32,000 bases of DNA from Nanobdellota archaeon (GTDB lineage Archaea > Nanobdellota > Nanobdellia > Nanobdellales > Nanobdellaceae): the NCBI GenBank assembly GCA_042850255.1, contig AP031373.1:120001-152000 (forward strand), in the 5' to 3' direction. The position numbers were made by a program, and so were the translations under genes. Shown here in pieces: positions 17,803 to 25,184 of this stretch (positions are counted from its first letter, which is position 1; the number at the start of each line of letters is the position of its first letter). A model generated the notes under the pieces. That model made no database searches and had not been told where the DNA came from. It worked only from the letters and a program-made list of their open reading frames with translations.

Positions 17803-18504
17803 ATGCGTGGATGGTTTGGTAAGAAAAAATATAGTGTACAAGAAATTGAAAGTGAACTAAATAAATTTAGAATATCTATGGAAAAACAACTAAATATAAC
17901 CGGTATTGAACCTCATATAAATGAAATAATACAACTTATAGAAACCAATAGAAAGGACGAAGCAAAAAATAAATTAAATCAAATGAGGAATGAGTTGCAC
18001 GAAATCTTATTTTTAAGAAAAGAAATTTTTAGTAAGTATAAAGATGCTGTTAAACTATTAAGCAATATAATTAGATTGGTTAGTGGAGAAGCTGTAGTAC
18101 ATGTAGGAGGAAATCCAAAAGTAATAGATGCAGAAAAATCTCAGACACTTTTAAAAGAAGAACATCAAAAAATTAAAAAATCATTAGAAAAAATGGAATC
18201 AGATATACGCAGAATTAGAGAAGATATGATTAAAGAAAGAAGATTAAATATAGTAAGTCATGATGAAATATTTCAACGTGCAGTTACGTTTATATCAGGA
18301 TTTAATAAAAATGAAATGTTAAAATATCTTGAAAATGCTAATGGAAATCGAGGAATAATAGTAGAATTAGCTAGAAAATATGGAATACCATATGAAGAAA
18401 ATATCCAAGAATTTATTAAAATATTAGAAGAAAAAGAAAATAAATATGAGGAGTTCCTAAATAAAGATATAAGATTATTGGAAGATATAGAAAATAGATT
18501 ATAA
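17803..18504 (+). CDS. Coiled-coil protein, possible ESCRT-III/PspA-superfamily member (copy A)
   Basis: 233 aa. It has a basic/aromatic N-terminus (MRGWFGKKK), long heptad-like helices and the pattern …IETNRKDEAKNKLNQMR…LRKEIF… reminiscent of the k-G-n-x-x-x-A-k-x-x-L-x-x-k-k hairpin motif. The tail is helical and HTH-like, ending …LLEDIENRL. Confidence 0.4.
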   Translation: MRGWFGKKKYSVQEIESELNKFRISMEKQLNITGIEPHINEIIQLIETNRKDEAKNKLNQMRNELHEILFLRKEIFSKYKDAVKLLSNIIRLVSGEAVVHVGGNPKVIDAEKSQTLLKEEHQKIKKSLEKMESDIRRIREDMIKERRLNIVSHDEIFQRAVTFISGFNKNEMLKYLENANGNRGIIVELARKYGIPYEENIQEFIKILEEKENKYEEFLNKDIRLLEDIENRL

Positions 18505-19374
18505 GTAATAAGAAATTGTTTTTAAATATATCATAAAATCATTCATATTTTTTGCTTCTATTATTCCATATTGCTTAAATAAATTTTTATATACTTCATA
18601 ATCTCCAGCTAATGATGCGGTATGTGAAGAAACTGCAACAGAACCTCTCTTTGTTTTTCCAGATTTTAATACTATTATTGGTTTATTTAATTCCTTTGCG
18701 ATTTCTAAAAATTCTCTACCTTTTCCTTCTTTTAATCCTTCCATATATATAAATATAGCTTTTGTATTTTCATCATTTCTTAATTCTTTCAATATTTCTA
18801 TTTCATCTAAATCAATTTTATTTCCATATGATATAATTTTTGATACTCCTATATCTTTACTTGACAACCATTCCATTACTGCTAAAGATATTGCACCAGA
18901 TTGTGATAATAAAGCAATTTTACCTTTTTTTGGTCTTTTAATTCTAACTTCTTCTACAAAAAATGTATCAAAACCAATATATGGATCATATAAACCCATT
19001 CCATTCGGACCTAAAATTCTTATACCATATTCTTTTGAATATTTTAATATTTCTTCTTCTAAATCTTTTCTTCCAACTTCAGAAAATCCTGCAGATACTA
19101 TTATTCCTAATTTTATTCCTTTTTCTCCAGATTCTTTAATTATCTCAGGAACACCTTCTGCTGGTATAGCGACTATAACACAATCTACAGGTTCTTTTAT
19201 ATCTAAAACAGATTTATAACATTTTAATCCATATAAATTTTCATAATTTGGATTTACAGGATATATTTTACTATTAAATCTTTTTATAAAATTTTTTAAT
19301 ATTATATTTCCAACTTTCCCTTCTTTATTACTTGCTCCAACAATTGCTACAGATTTTATATCGAAGAGTCCCAT
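18499..19374 (-). CDS. ADP-forming acetyl-CoA synthetase (ACD) alpha subunit, N-terminal CoA-binding/ligase-CoA domains encoded as a separate ORF
   Basis: 291 aa. KSVAIVGASNKEGKVGNIILKNF (CoA-binding Rossmann), LSQSGAISLA, and SSHTASLAG (phosphohistidine loop). It ends where the last alpha domain normally begins. Confidence 0.85.
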   Translation of the reverse strand: MGLFDIKSVAIVGASNKEGKVGNIILKNFIKRFNSKIYPVNPNYENLYGLKCYKSVLDIKEPVDCVIVAIPAEGVPEIIKESGEKGIKLGIIVSAGFSEVGRKDLEEEILKYSKEYGIRILGPNGMGLYDPYIGFDTFFVEEVRIKRPKKGKIALLSQSGAISLAVMEWLSSKDIGVSKIISYGNKIDLDEIEILKELRNDENTKAIFIYMEGLKEGKGREFLEIAKELNKPIIVLKSGKTKRGSVAVSSHTASLAGDYEVYKNLFKQYGIIEAKNMNDFMIYLKTISYYL

Positions 19375-19700
19375 AAAACTTTAATATTACATATTTGATC
19401 CTTATATTTTTTTTCACATATCTTACAAAGCATTGCATGTAAATTGTCCAATTTTTTGTCTTTTTCTTTATATAATACTTCTGCAATTTTATATATAATT
19501 TCTAAATCTTCTTTGTCAAATATATAAGACTTCTTTCCTCTAACCCCATTTAAATATTGAGAAACTGCAGCTTGTGTAATTAATAATTTTTCTGCTATAT
19601 CCTTTTGAGATAATTTATATTTATCATAAAGGGTTATAGATAATTCTCTTCTTATTAAGGGTAATATATTTTTTACGAATTCTTCACATCTTATCCCCAT
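19356..19700 (-). CDS. HTH (XRE/COG2522-like) transcriptional regulator with C-terminal Cys motif
   Basis: 114 aa. …LSQKDIAEKLLITQAAVSQYLNGVRGKK… is a helix-turn-helix. There is an N-terminal Cys (GIRCEEF) and a C-terminal CKICEKK…C. Its 3' end overlaps the ACD N-part start by 19 nt. Confidence 0.65.
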   Translation of the reverse strand: MGIRCEEFVKNILPLIRRELSITLYDKYKLSQKDIAEKLLITQAAVSQYLNGVRGKKSYIFDKEDLEIIYKIAEVLYKEKDKKLDNLHAMLCKICEKKYKDQICNIKVLWDSSI

Positions 19701-19732
19701 TATATAACTTTATTATATTAATATTTAAAAGT

Positions 19733-19804
19733 TGGGACCGCGGGGATTCGAACCCCGGACCTCCGCCTAGTGAGGGCGGCATCATACCACTAGACTACGG
19801 TCCC
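19733..19804 (-). tRNA. tRNA-Val (anticodon CAC)
   Basis: The reverse complement folds as GGGACCG-TA-GTCT-AGTGGTA-TGAT-G-CCGCC-CTCACTA-GGCGG-AGGTC-CGGGG-TTCGAAT-CCCCG-CGGTCCC-A. Position 37 reads as U, which is unusual. Confidence 0.88.
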
Positions 19805-20066
19805 TTAAACATTTATATAGATCTTTTATATTAAAATATCCTGCTTTATAATATCATTATAAAACAATATAGCAATAGGACCTGAAGAAGTATATAATAA
19901 ATGAATAAAATAAAGATAATAGATAATTTTAAAATATATACAATTAAAAAAATATAAAATTATTTCTATAACATATCTACAGTTTTTAGATTTTTATTTG
20001 ATTGTTATGGCATTTATTATTCATATAATAAAATTTATAAATAATAAAAAAGTCTTAAAAAAAAAT

Positions 20067-20864
20067 ATGGATAATGAGAGAGATATCATAAATGAGTTAA
20101 TAAAAACATATAATGAAATAAAAAATGAACTAGGGATAGGATCAAAAGAAATAGAGGAGGCAATACAAGAACTTGAAAAAAATGATACTAGAGATGCAAG
20201 AATTAAATTAGATCAAGCTGCCAAAAGATTTAGAGATAACATATTATATTGGAGAAAAAAATTTATAAGTGAATATAAAAAAATATATGAAGATTTAAAG
20301 AGAATAGAAAAAGATGTAAAAGGTAATTATAGTCAACACTTAGATAATCTAGAATCACTAGAAAAAGAGGTAAAAAAAGATATAAAAAAAGCTAAAGAGA
20401 TTGTTAAAGATTTAGAAAAAATATCTGTTGATATAGCTCAGTTAAGAAGTTATATTAACAGTTATGAAAAAGATTTGAGAAGTAATAAATTTGTTATATT
20501 AAGAGAAGAACCTGAATTTCAAAAATTAAAAGAAGTATTGCAAAATTCCAAGCTTGAGTACAATAGAGAATTAGCATTAATAAGCAAGATAGCTATTATA
20601 TTAGAGGGACTAGAACAAGGGAGAAAAGATTATAGATTAGAGCGTCAAGACTTAGCATTTCTAATTAATTTGTTTAAAACTTTATCAGCAGAAGTTAAGA
20701 AATTTGAGGAATCTACAAATTTTGAAAAATTAGAAGAATTAGAGAAAAAATATGAAGAAAAATCTAAAAATCTTGAAAATGCTATAAATAAGTTAAATGA
20801 AAAACTATTTCCACATAAAAAGGAGCATAGCTCACAAAAAGCAACTTGGTTAAAACGCTTTTAA
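20067..20864 (+). CDS. Coiled-coil protein, paralog of 17803..18504 (copy B), possible ESCRT-III/PspA-superfamily member
   Basis: It aligns with copy A: …KEIEEAIQELEKNDTRDARIKLDQ…WRKKFISEYKK… versus …INEIIQLIETNRKDEAKNKLNQ…LRKEIFSKYKD…. I place the start at ATG 20067 because TTTATAAATA (20034-20043) lies about 28 nt upstream. The track ORF starts at TTG 19998, and ATG 20007 is an alternative. Confidence 0.4.
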   Translation: MDNERDIINELIKTYNEIKNELGIGSKEIEEAIQELEKNDTRDARIKLDQAAKRFRDNILYWRKKFISEYKKIYEDLKRIEKDVKGNYSQHLDNLESLEKEVKKDIKKAKEIVKDLEKISVDIAQLRSYINSYEKDLRSNKFVILREEPEFQKLKEVLQNSKLEYNRELALISKIAIILEGLEQGRKDYRLERQDLAFLINLFKTLSAEVKKFEESTNFEKLEELEKKYEEKSKNLENAINKLNEKLFPHKKEHSSQKATWLKRF

Positions 20865-20929
20865 TAAGTTTTATAATTAACTTTCAAATATAACAAATCT
20901 TCTTATTTTTTTATCTTAAAATTTTATAT

Positions 20930-21682
20930 ATGATATTAGAAAAAATAACATCAAAATATATCAATTATATTACTGTTAGAAATTATGATAAAAATAAAAA
21001 ATATTTAGGACAAGATATTTTAGTAAAATATTTGTTGAATAAAAAAAGAATATATAAAGATGAAGGGAAAACAATATACAAAAATTTTATAGAAGTAAAA
21101 TTAAACCAAAATGCAAAAGAAATGTTGGAATTAGATAAAGAAAAAATATTAAAAGATTTAGAAAATGAAAAGAAATTTTTAATTGATAATTCTTTATATA
21201 ATTTATTATCTAATAAAGGAAAAATAAGTTTAAAAACACAAATAACACAATCATTAAAGTTTATAAGAGAATATTTATTTGACACAAATTTAATTTTAAT
21301 AGGAGATATCGATTATTCTTTTTTAGGAAAAAATATGGTAAAAATATATAAAAAACAAGAAGAATTTAATTTCTATAAATATAAAGCCGTAATTTTAGAT
21401 CCATACGGAGAAGAAGTATTAAATGATGATGATTTAAAAAAATATGATCTATTTATTTTAGGAGGAGTTGTTGATATAGATTTAAAATGGTATTATGCAA
21501 CTCAATATTTATTTAGAAATATTAATTTGCCACATAAAAGAATTGAATATAAAGGAAGTATAGAAAATGTTCCAGATAGAATAAATATTTTAATAAAAAT
21601 TTTGTTAGATTCTATCTATTTAAATATTCCTTTAGAAAAATCTATTGAAATAAATTCTCCAAAAAAGTTTAAATTATCTTAA
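20930..21682 (+). CDS. SPOUT-type RNA methyltransferase, Trm10-like (tentative)
   Basis: 250 aa. The C-terminal half …AVILDPYGEEVLNDDDLKKYDLFILGGVVDIDLK…PHKRIEYKGSIENVPDRINILIKILLD resembles the archaeal Trm10 SPOUT core (x-LdP-x-g-x-x-L … h-I-h-GG-I-V-D). Confidence 0.45.
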   Translation: MILEKITSKYINYITVRNYDKNKKYLGQDILVKYLLNKKRIYKDEGKTIYKNFIEVKLNQNAKEMLELDKEKILKDLENEKKFLIDNSLYNLLSNKGKISLKTQITQSLKFIREYLFDTNLILIGDIDYSFLGKNMVKIYKKQEEFNFYKYKAVILDPYGEEVLNDDDLKKYDLFILGGVVDIDLKWYYATQYLFRNINLPHKRIEYKGSIENVPDRINILIKILLDSIYLNIPLEKSIEINSPKKFKLS

Positions 21683-22516
21683 TATTAATTCAGGATTTAT
21701 TTCCCTATATATAGAATTTTGATGAGTATTTATATAACTCTTATATTTTTCTATTATCCTTTTTCTTCCTTTATCTCCAAATATTTCTAAAACTTTTTTC
21801 TTATCTTCTTCATCAAAATATTTTTGTAAATTTTTCCATTTTTCATAATCAAGATTTTCCTCTAATTTTTTCAAATCTTCTTGATCCTTTTGAGAAAATC
21901 TGTAAAATTTATATATTAGAGTAAATAATGTAAAATTATTTAAAAAATATATTGTATCATATTTACTTTTCTGTAATACTATATTACTTTCATTTGTTAC
22001 TAAAATATGTACTTTTTTATCTTTAAATGATAAATATGAATAATAACCAATTTGATTTGGGATACATAAGGTTTTTTCATTATAGGAAAAACATATCTTA
22101 TAAATATCTGGATTCATATTATATGCTCCTATCTTTAATAATTCTTCCCTTATTATTTCAATATCTTCTTTACTTTTTGTAACTATATCAATTACATTAC
22201 TTGATTTAGATCCTTCCAATTTTTTATATAAGTTTAATATAAGATCTAAACTCCCCATAATTCCTATATTTAAATTATTTTTGATTCTTAAATCTTCTAA
22301 TATATTTATAACATATTCTAAATCATTTATATCTACCCTTCTTTTTTGGATCGATGAATAAAAATCTATTTTTACTTTAGTTTTATTTTTATTTAGATAA
22401 TTAATTATTTGATAAGCATAATTTATCTGCGATATAAGATCTTTAGATATCTCTAAATATGGAAAATTAGGCAAAGTTGAAATACTATATAATATATCTA
22501 TTGGATTAGTAGACAT
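21674..22516 (-). CDS. Hypothetical protein (about 280 aa)
   Basis: The track ORF (to 22615) begins inside tRNA-Gln. I trimmed it to ATG 22516 (MSTNPIDILY…), which has TTTTTAAAAATT about 28 nt upstream. ATG 22558 (MKIFLKIIIIICFF…, hydrophobic leader) is the alternative. Confidence 0.5.
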   Translation of the reverse strand: MSTNPIDILYSISTLPNFPYLEISKDLISQINYAYQIINYLNKNKTKVKIDFYSSIQKRRVDINDLEYVINILEDLRIKNNLNIGIMGSLDLILNLYKKLEGSKSSNVIDIVTKSKEDIEIIREELLKIGAYNMNPDIYKICFSYNEKTLCIPNQIGYYSYLSFKDKKVHILVTNESNIVLQKSKYDTIYFLNNFTLFTLIYKFYRFSQKDQEDLKKLEENLDYEKWKNLQKYFDEEDKKKVLEIFGDKGRKRIIEKYKSYINTHQNSIYREINPELILR

Positions 22517-22585
22517 AAAAAAGCATATTATAATTATAATTTTTAAAAATATCTTCATTTTTAACAGAAATAAAATAAATAAAAC

Positions 22586-22658
22586 TAGCCCCGCGGGGAT
22601 TCGAACCCCGGTCACAGGGACCAGAGCCCTGTATCCTAGACCACTAGACGACGGGGCT
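22586..22658 (-). tRNA. tRNA-Gln (anticodon CTG)
   Basis: The reverse complement folds as AGCCCCG-TC-GTCT-AGTGGTCTA-GGAT-A-CAGGG-CTCTGGT-CCCTG-TGAC-CGGGG-TTCGAAT-CCCCG-CGGGGCT-A. The A1-U72 pair is typical of archaeal tRNA-Gln. Confidence 0.93.
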
Positions 22659-22729
22659 TTCTAATTTTTTAATGTATTTTCAATTTATGAAACTTTTTAA
22701 ATGTATAAATATAATTTTATTTTTATAAA

Positions 22730-23137
22730 ATGACCGAGGAGTATAAAAAAATTTCAATAAGAGATGTAAAAAGATTATTATTAATTATAAGATGCGATAA
22801 AAATCAAAATATAATAGATAAAATAGATGAATTAGCAGAAGATATAGCAAAAAAGATAAATAGTAAAATACTATACAAAAAAATATATTATTTTCCTGGA
22901 GATTTTGAAGGAAATAAGGATATAACATTTATTGGAATTTTAACTACTTCTCATATTATTATTAGTAGTTATACTGAAGAAGATGGAATTTATTTAGATA
23001 TAGATGCTGCATGGTGTAGTGGAAAAGATATAAATAAGATAGATATAAAGGATGTTCTAAATAAATACTTAAAAAATTATGAAATAAAATCTTTGAAAAT
23101 ATTAGATTATATAGGTGAAGAAAGCCTTCTCATCTGA
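22730..23137 (+). CDS. S-adenosylmethionine decarboxylase-like (SpeH/class 1b pyruvoyl family) protein, divergent
   Basis: 135 aa. …ITFIGILTTSHIIISSYTEEDGIYLDIDAAWCSGKD… aligns to the family core …[29 protein letters not shown]…. The Glu-Ser processing site reads Thr-Ser and HTWPE reads SSYTE. Confidence 0.5.
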   Translation: MTEEYKKISIRDVKRLLLIIRCDKNQNIIDKIDELAEDIAKKINSKILYKKIYYFPGDFEGNKDITFIGILTTSHIIISSYTEEDGIYLDIDAAWCSGKDINKIDIKDVLNKYLKNYEIKSLKILDYIGEESLLI

Positions 23138-23138
23138 T

Positions 23139-23197
23139 AAATGATGAATGCCGAGTATGCAGATTTATAAGTATGTTATAACATATATTACTGAATG
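23139..23197 (+). ncRNA. Candidate C/D box sRNA filling the speH-like/taw1 spacer
   Basis: There is a perfect C box aATGATGA (23140-23147), a 12-nt relatively GC-rich spacer (atgccgagtatg), a D'-like CAGA (23160-23163) and a perfect D box CTGA (23191-23194). No convincing C' box is present. Total length is about 55-60 nt. Confidence 0.3.
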
Positions 23198-24235
23198 GAT
23201 AATACAATAAATGTTGAAAAAGAAAAATGGACTGTTCATGATGAAAAAACTAAAAAACAATTAGAAAAAGCTGGATATGGATTATATAATCACTCTGCTG
23301 TTGAAATTTGTCATTGGACAAAAGAAGCAATTGTAAATGGAAGAGTTTGCTATAAAAATAAATTTTATGGAATAGATACTGCTGGATGCATGGAAATGTC
23401 ACAATCCATTATGTGGTGTACAAATAGATGTATATATTGTTGGAGACCAAATACAAAATTCGAACCATATTATAATATTTTACCAGAAGATAAAGTAGAT
23501 TCTCCTGAAGAAACTATGGAAAAATTAAGAGAACTAAGGAAAAAGTTATTAATAGGATATTATGGAAATCCAAAAGCAAATAAAAAATTATTGGATAGAT
23601 TTATTGATAAACCTACACATATTACATTTTCTTTATCTGGAGAACCATTATTATATCCATATGTACCAGAAACAATATTATATATTAAAAAGAACTGGCC
23701 ATGGGTAAGATCTATATTTGTAGTAACAAATGGTCAAGTTCCTGAAGCATTGGAAAAAATGATAAAATTAAATGCATACCCTACACAATTATATATATCA
23801 TTTACAGGTCCAAATAAAGAGATATATAAAAAAGTATCTGCTCCTATATATAAAGATTATTGGGAAAGATTCCTAAAATCTATAGAAATTGCATCTAAAA
23901 TGAAAGTTAGAAGAGTTGCGAGAATAACATTATTAAAAGGAATAAATGATGATCCAAAATACTTTGATGATTGGGCAAAGATAATAGAGATATATAATCC
24001 TCATTTCATTGAAGTAAAATCTTATTCATATCTAGGATATTCAAGAATAAGGTTAAAGTATGAAAATGTACCAAAAATGGAAGATGTAAGGAATTTCTCT
24101 AAAGGATTGGCAGAAAAATTGCCTGGATATGAAATATTTAAAGAGGATATAGATTCAAGAGTTGTATTAATAAAAAATAGAAGACCCGGTATGGATATTG
24201 ATCCTATAATAAGAAGTGTAGAGCCAAACGTATAA
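23195..24235 (+). CDS. taw1: tRNA 4-demethylwyosine synthase (radical SAM, Taw1/TYW1)
   Basis: 346 aa. …YNHSAVEICHWTKEAIVNGRVCYKNKFYGIDTAGCMEMSQSIMWCTNRCIYCWRP… has the Taw1-specific N-terminal Cys cluster followed by the CxxxCxxC radical-SAM motif. Confidence 0.9.
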   Translation: MDNTINVEKEKWTVHDEKTKKQLEKAGYGLYNHSAVEICHWTKEAIVNGRVCYKNKFYGIDTAGCMEMSQSIMWCTNRCIYCWRPNTKFEPYYNILPEDKVDSPEETMEKLRELRKKLLIGYYGNPKANKKLLDRFIDKPTHITFSLSGEPLLYPYVPETILYIKKNWPWVRSIFVVTNGQVPEALEKMIKLNAYPTQLYISFTGPNKEIYKKVSAPIYKDYWERFLKSIEIASKMKVRRVARITLLKGINDDPKYFDDWAKIIEIYNPHFIEVKSYSYLGYSRIRLKYENVPKMEDVRNFSKGLAEKLPGYEIFKEDIDSRVVLIKNRRPGMDIDPIIRSVEPNV

Positions 24236-24361
24236 TTATTTTAATCTAGCTGGATATACTATTCTACCAAATTTTCTTAAAGCTGCCCATAAAGGTGGTA
24301 TATCTCTTTTTCTAGATTTAACTATTTTTCTTATTTTAACATTATAATTTTTGAAGACCAT
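24236..24361 (-). CDS. Unannotated 41-aa highly basic protein (possible small ribosomal protein, eL39-like)
   Basis: Manual translation gives MVFKNYNVKIRKIVKSRKRDIPPLWAALRKFGRIVYPARLK*. It is below the track length cut-off and rich in K/R. It loosely resembles the L39e core (K-x-R-x-x-K…R-h-P-x-W…G/R-R-V) but lacks the usual C-terminal WRR. Confidence 0.4.
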   Translation of the reverse strand: MVFKNYNVKIRKIVKSRKRDIPPLWAALRKFGRIVYPARLK

Positions 24362-24392
24362 TGATATAAAATATTATGAAAAAATTTTAAAA

Positions 24393-25184
24393 TTATAGTA
24401 AAAAGAAGAAACCTACCGCAATTGCTGTTAATATTACACTATGAAGAACTCCAGATTTTATGGTACCCTTTCCTATTTTTCCAATAACTAGACCTGTAAA
24501 TACAGCATTAATTAATAATAATATAAAAGATATCCATTTATATAAATTTATTATAGAATAATAGAAATTTTGTCCTCCAAATATATTAAATCCTTTCATA
24601 TTTAATACTAAGAAATATATAACTACTATAGATAATAATACACCAAAGTATAATCCATAATATGTATATGTAATAACTTTTAATTGGGATAATCTATCTC
24701 TTCTAATTACATTTAGATTTTCTATACTTTCAGATAATGTATCCAATAAATTACTTAGATCTCCACCGCTTTTTAAAACGTAATTTATATTTAATAAAAC
24801 TTCAGATATTTCTCTATTATTTATTCTTTTAGTAGTATCTTCTAATACTTCATAAAATGTTTTTCCATATTTCATTTGTAAAACCATATAACTTAATTCC
24901 TTATTTAGTTTTCTTCCATAATTATTATTTAATAAATTTTGTAATGCAATTGGTAATGGTTGTCCTATTTTTAAATAATGAGAGAGATCTCTTAAAAATA
25001 ATGGAAAATTATTTATCATCTCTTCTTCCTCTAAATATAATCTTAGATATTTTATAGAATATATTAAAAATAATAGTACTATTATACCAATTTTTACAAA
25101 TATATTTAAATTAATCGGTGAAATTAAAAATAATATTGAAAAAATAGATATTATTGATAAATATATTATATCTTTTCTATTCAT
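24393..25184 (-). CDS. Type II secretion system F-domain membrane protein (TadC/FlaJ-like pilus assembly platform)
   Basis: 263 aa. N-terminal TM helices are followed by a cytoplasmic helical domain (…FPLFLRDLSHYLKIGQPLPIALQNL…LKSGGDLSNLLDTLSE…) and then C-terminal TM helices. There is a single T2SSF repeat. Confidence 0.65.
   Translation of the reverse strand: MNRKDIIYLSIISIFSILFLISPINLNIFVKIGIIVLLFLIYSIKYLRLYLEEEEMINNFPLFLRDLSHYLKIGQPLPIALQNLLNNNYGRKLNKELSYMVLQMKYGKTFYEVLEDTTKRINNREISEVLLNINYVLKSGGDLSNLLDTLSESIENLNVIRRDRLSQLKVITYTYYGLYFGVLLSIVVIYFLVLNMKGFNIFGGQNFYYSIINLYKWISFILLLINAVFTGLVIGKIGKGTIKSGVLHSVILTAIAVGFFFLL

Noticed and set aside
19998-20066. TTG-initiated 5' extension of coiled-coil copy B
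   Set aside because: A strong TTTATAAATA box lies inside this extension, 28 nt upstream of ATG 20067. That matches the leaderless spacing seen at other genes. ATG 20007 is kept only as an alternative.
19738-22611. 21-nt identical sequence (ccgcggggattcgaaccccgg) in tRNA-Val (19738-19758) and tRNA-Gln (22591-22611), considered as att-like direct repeats bounding an integrated element
   Set aside because: The shared sequence is just the acceptor/T-arm of two intact tRNAs. No integrase or partial tRNA duplicate is present, and the intervening genes look cellular.
22517-22615. N-terminal extension of ORF 21674..22615 (MTGVRIPAGLV…)
   Set aside because: The first codons are simply the translation of the tRNA-Gln gene (22586-22658). 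An internal ATG with a correctly spaced TATA box is a more plausible start.
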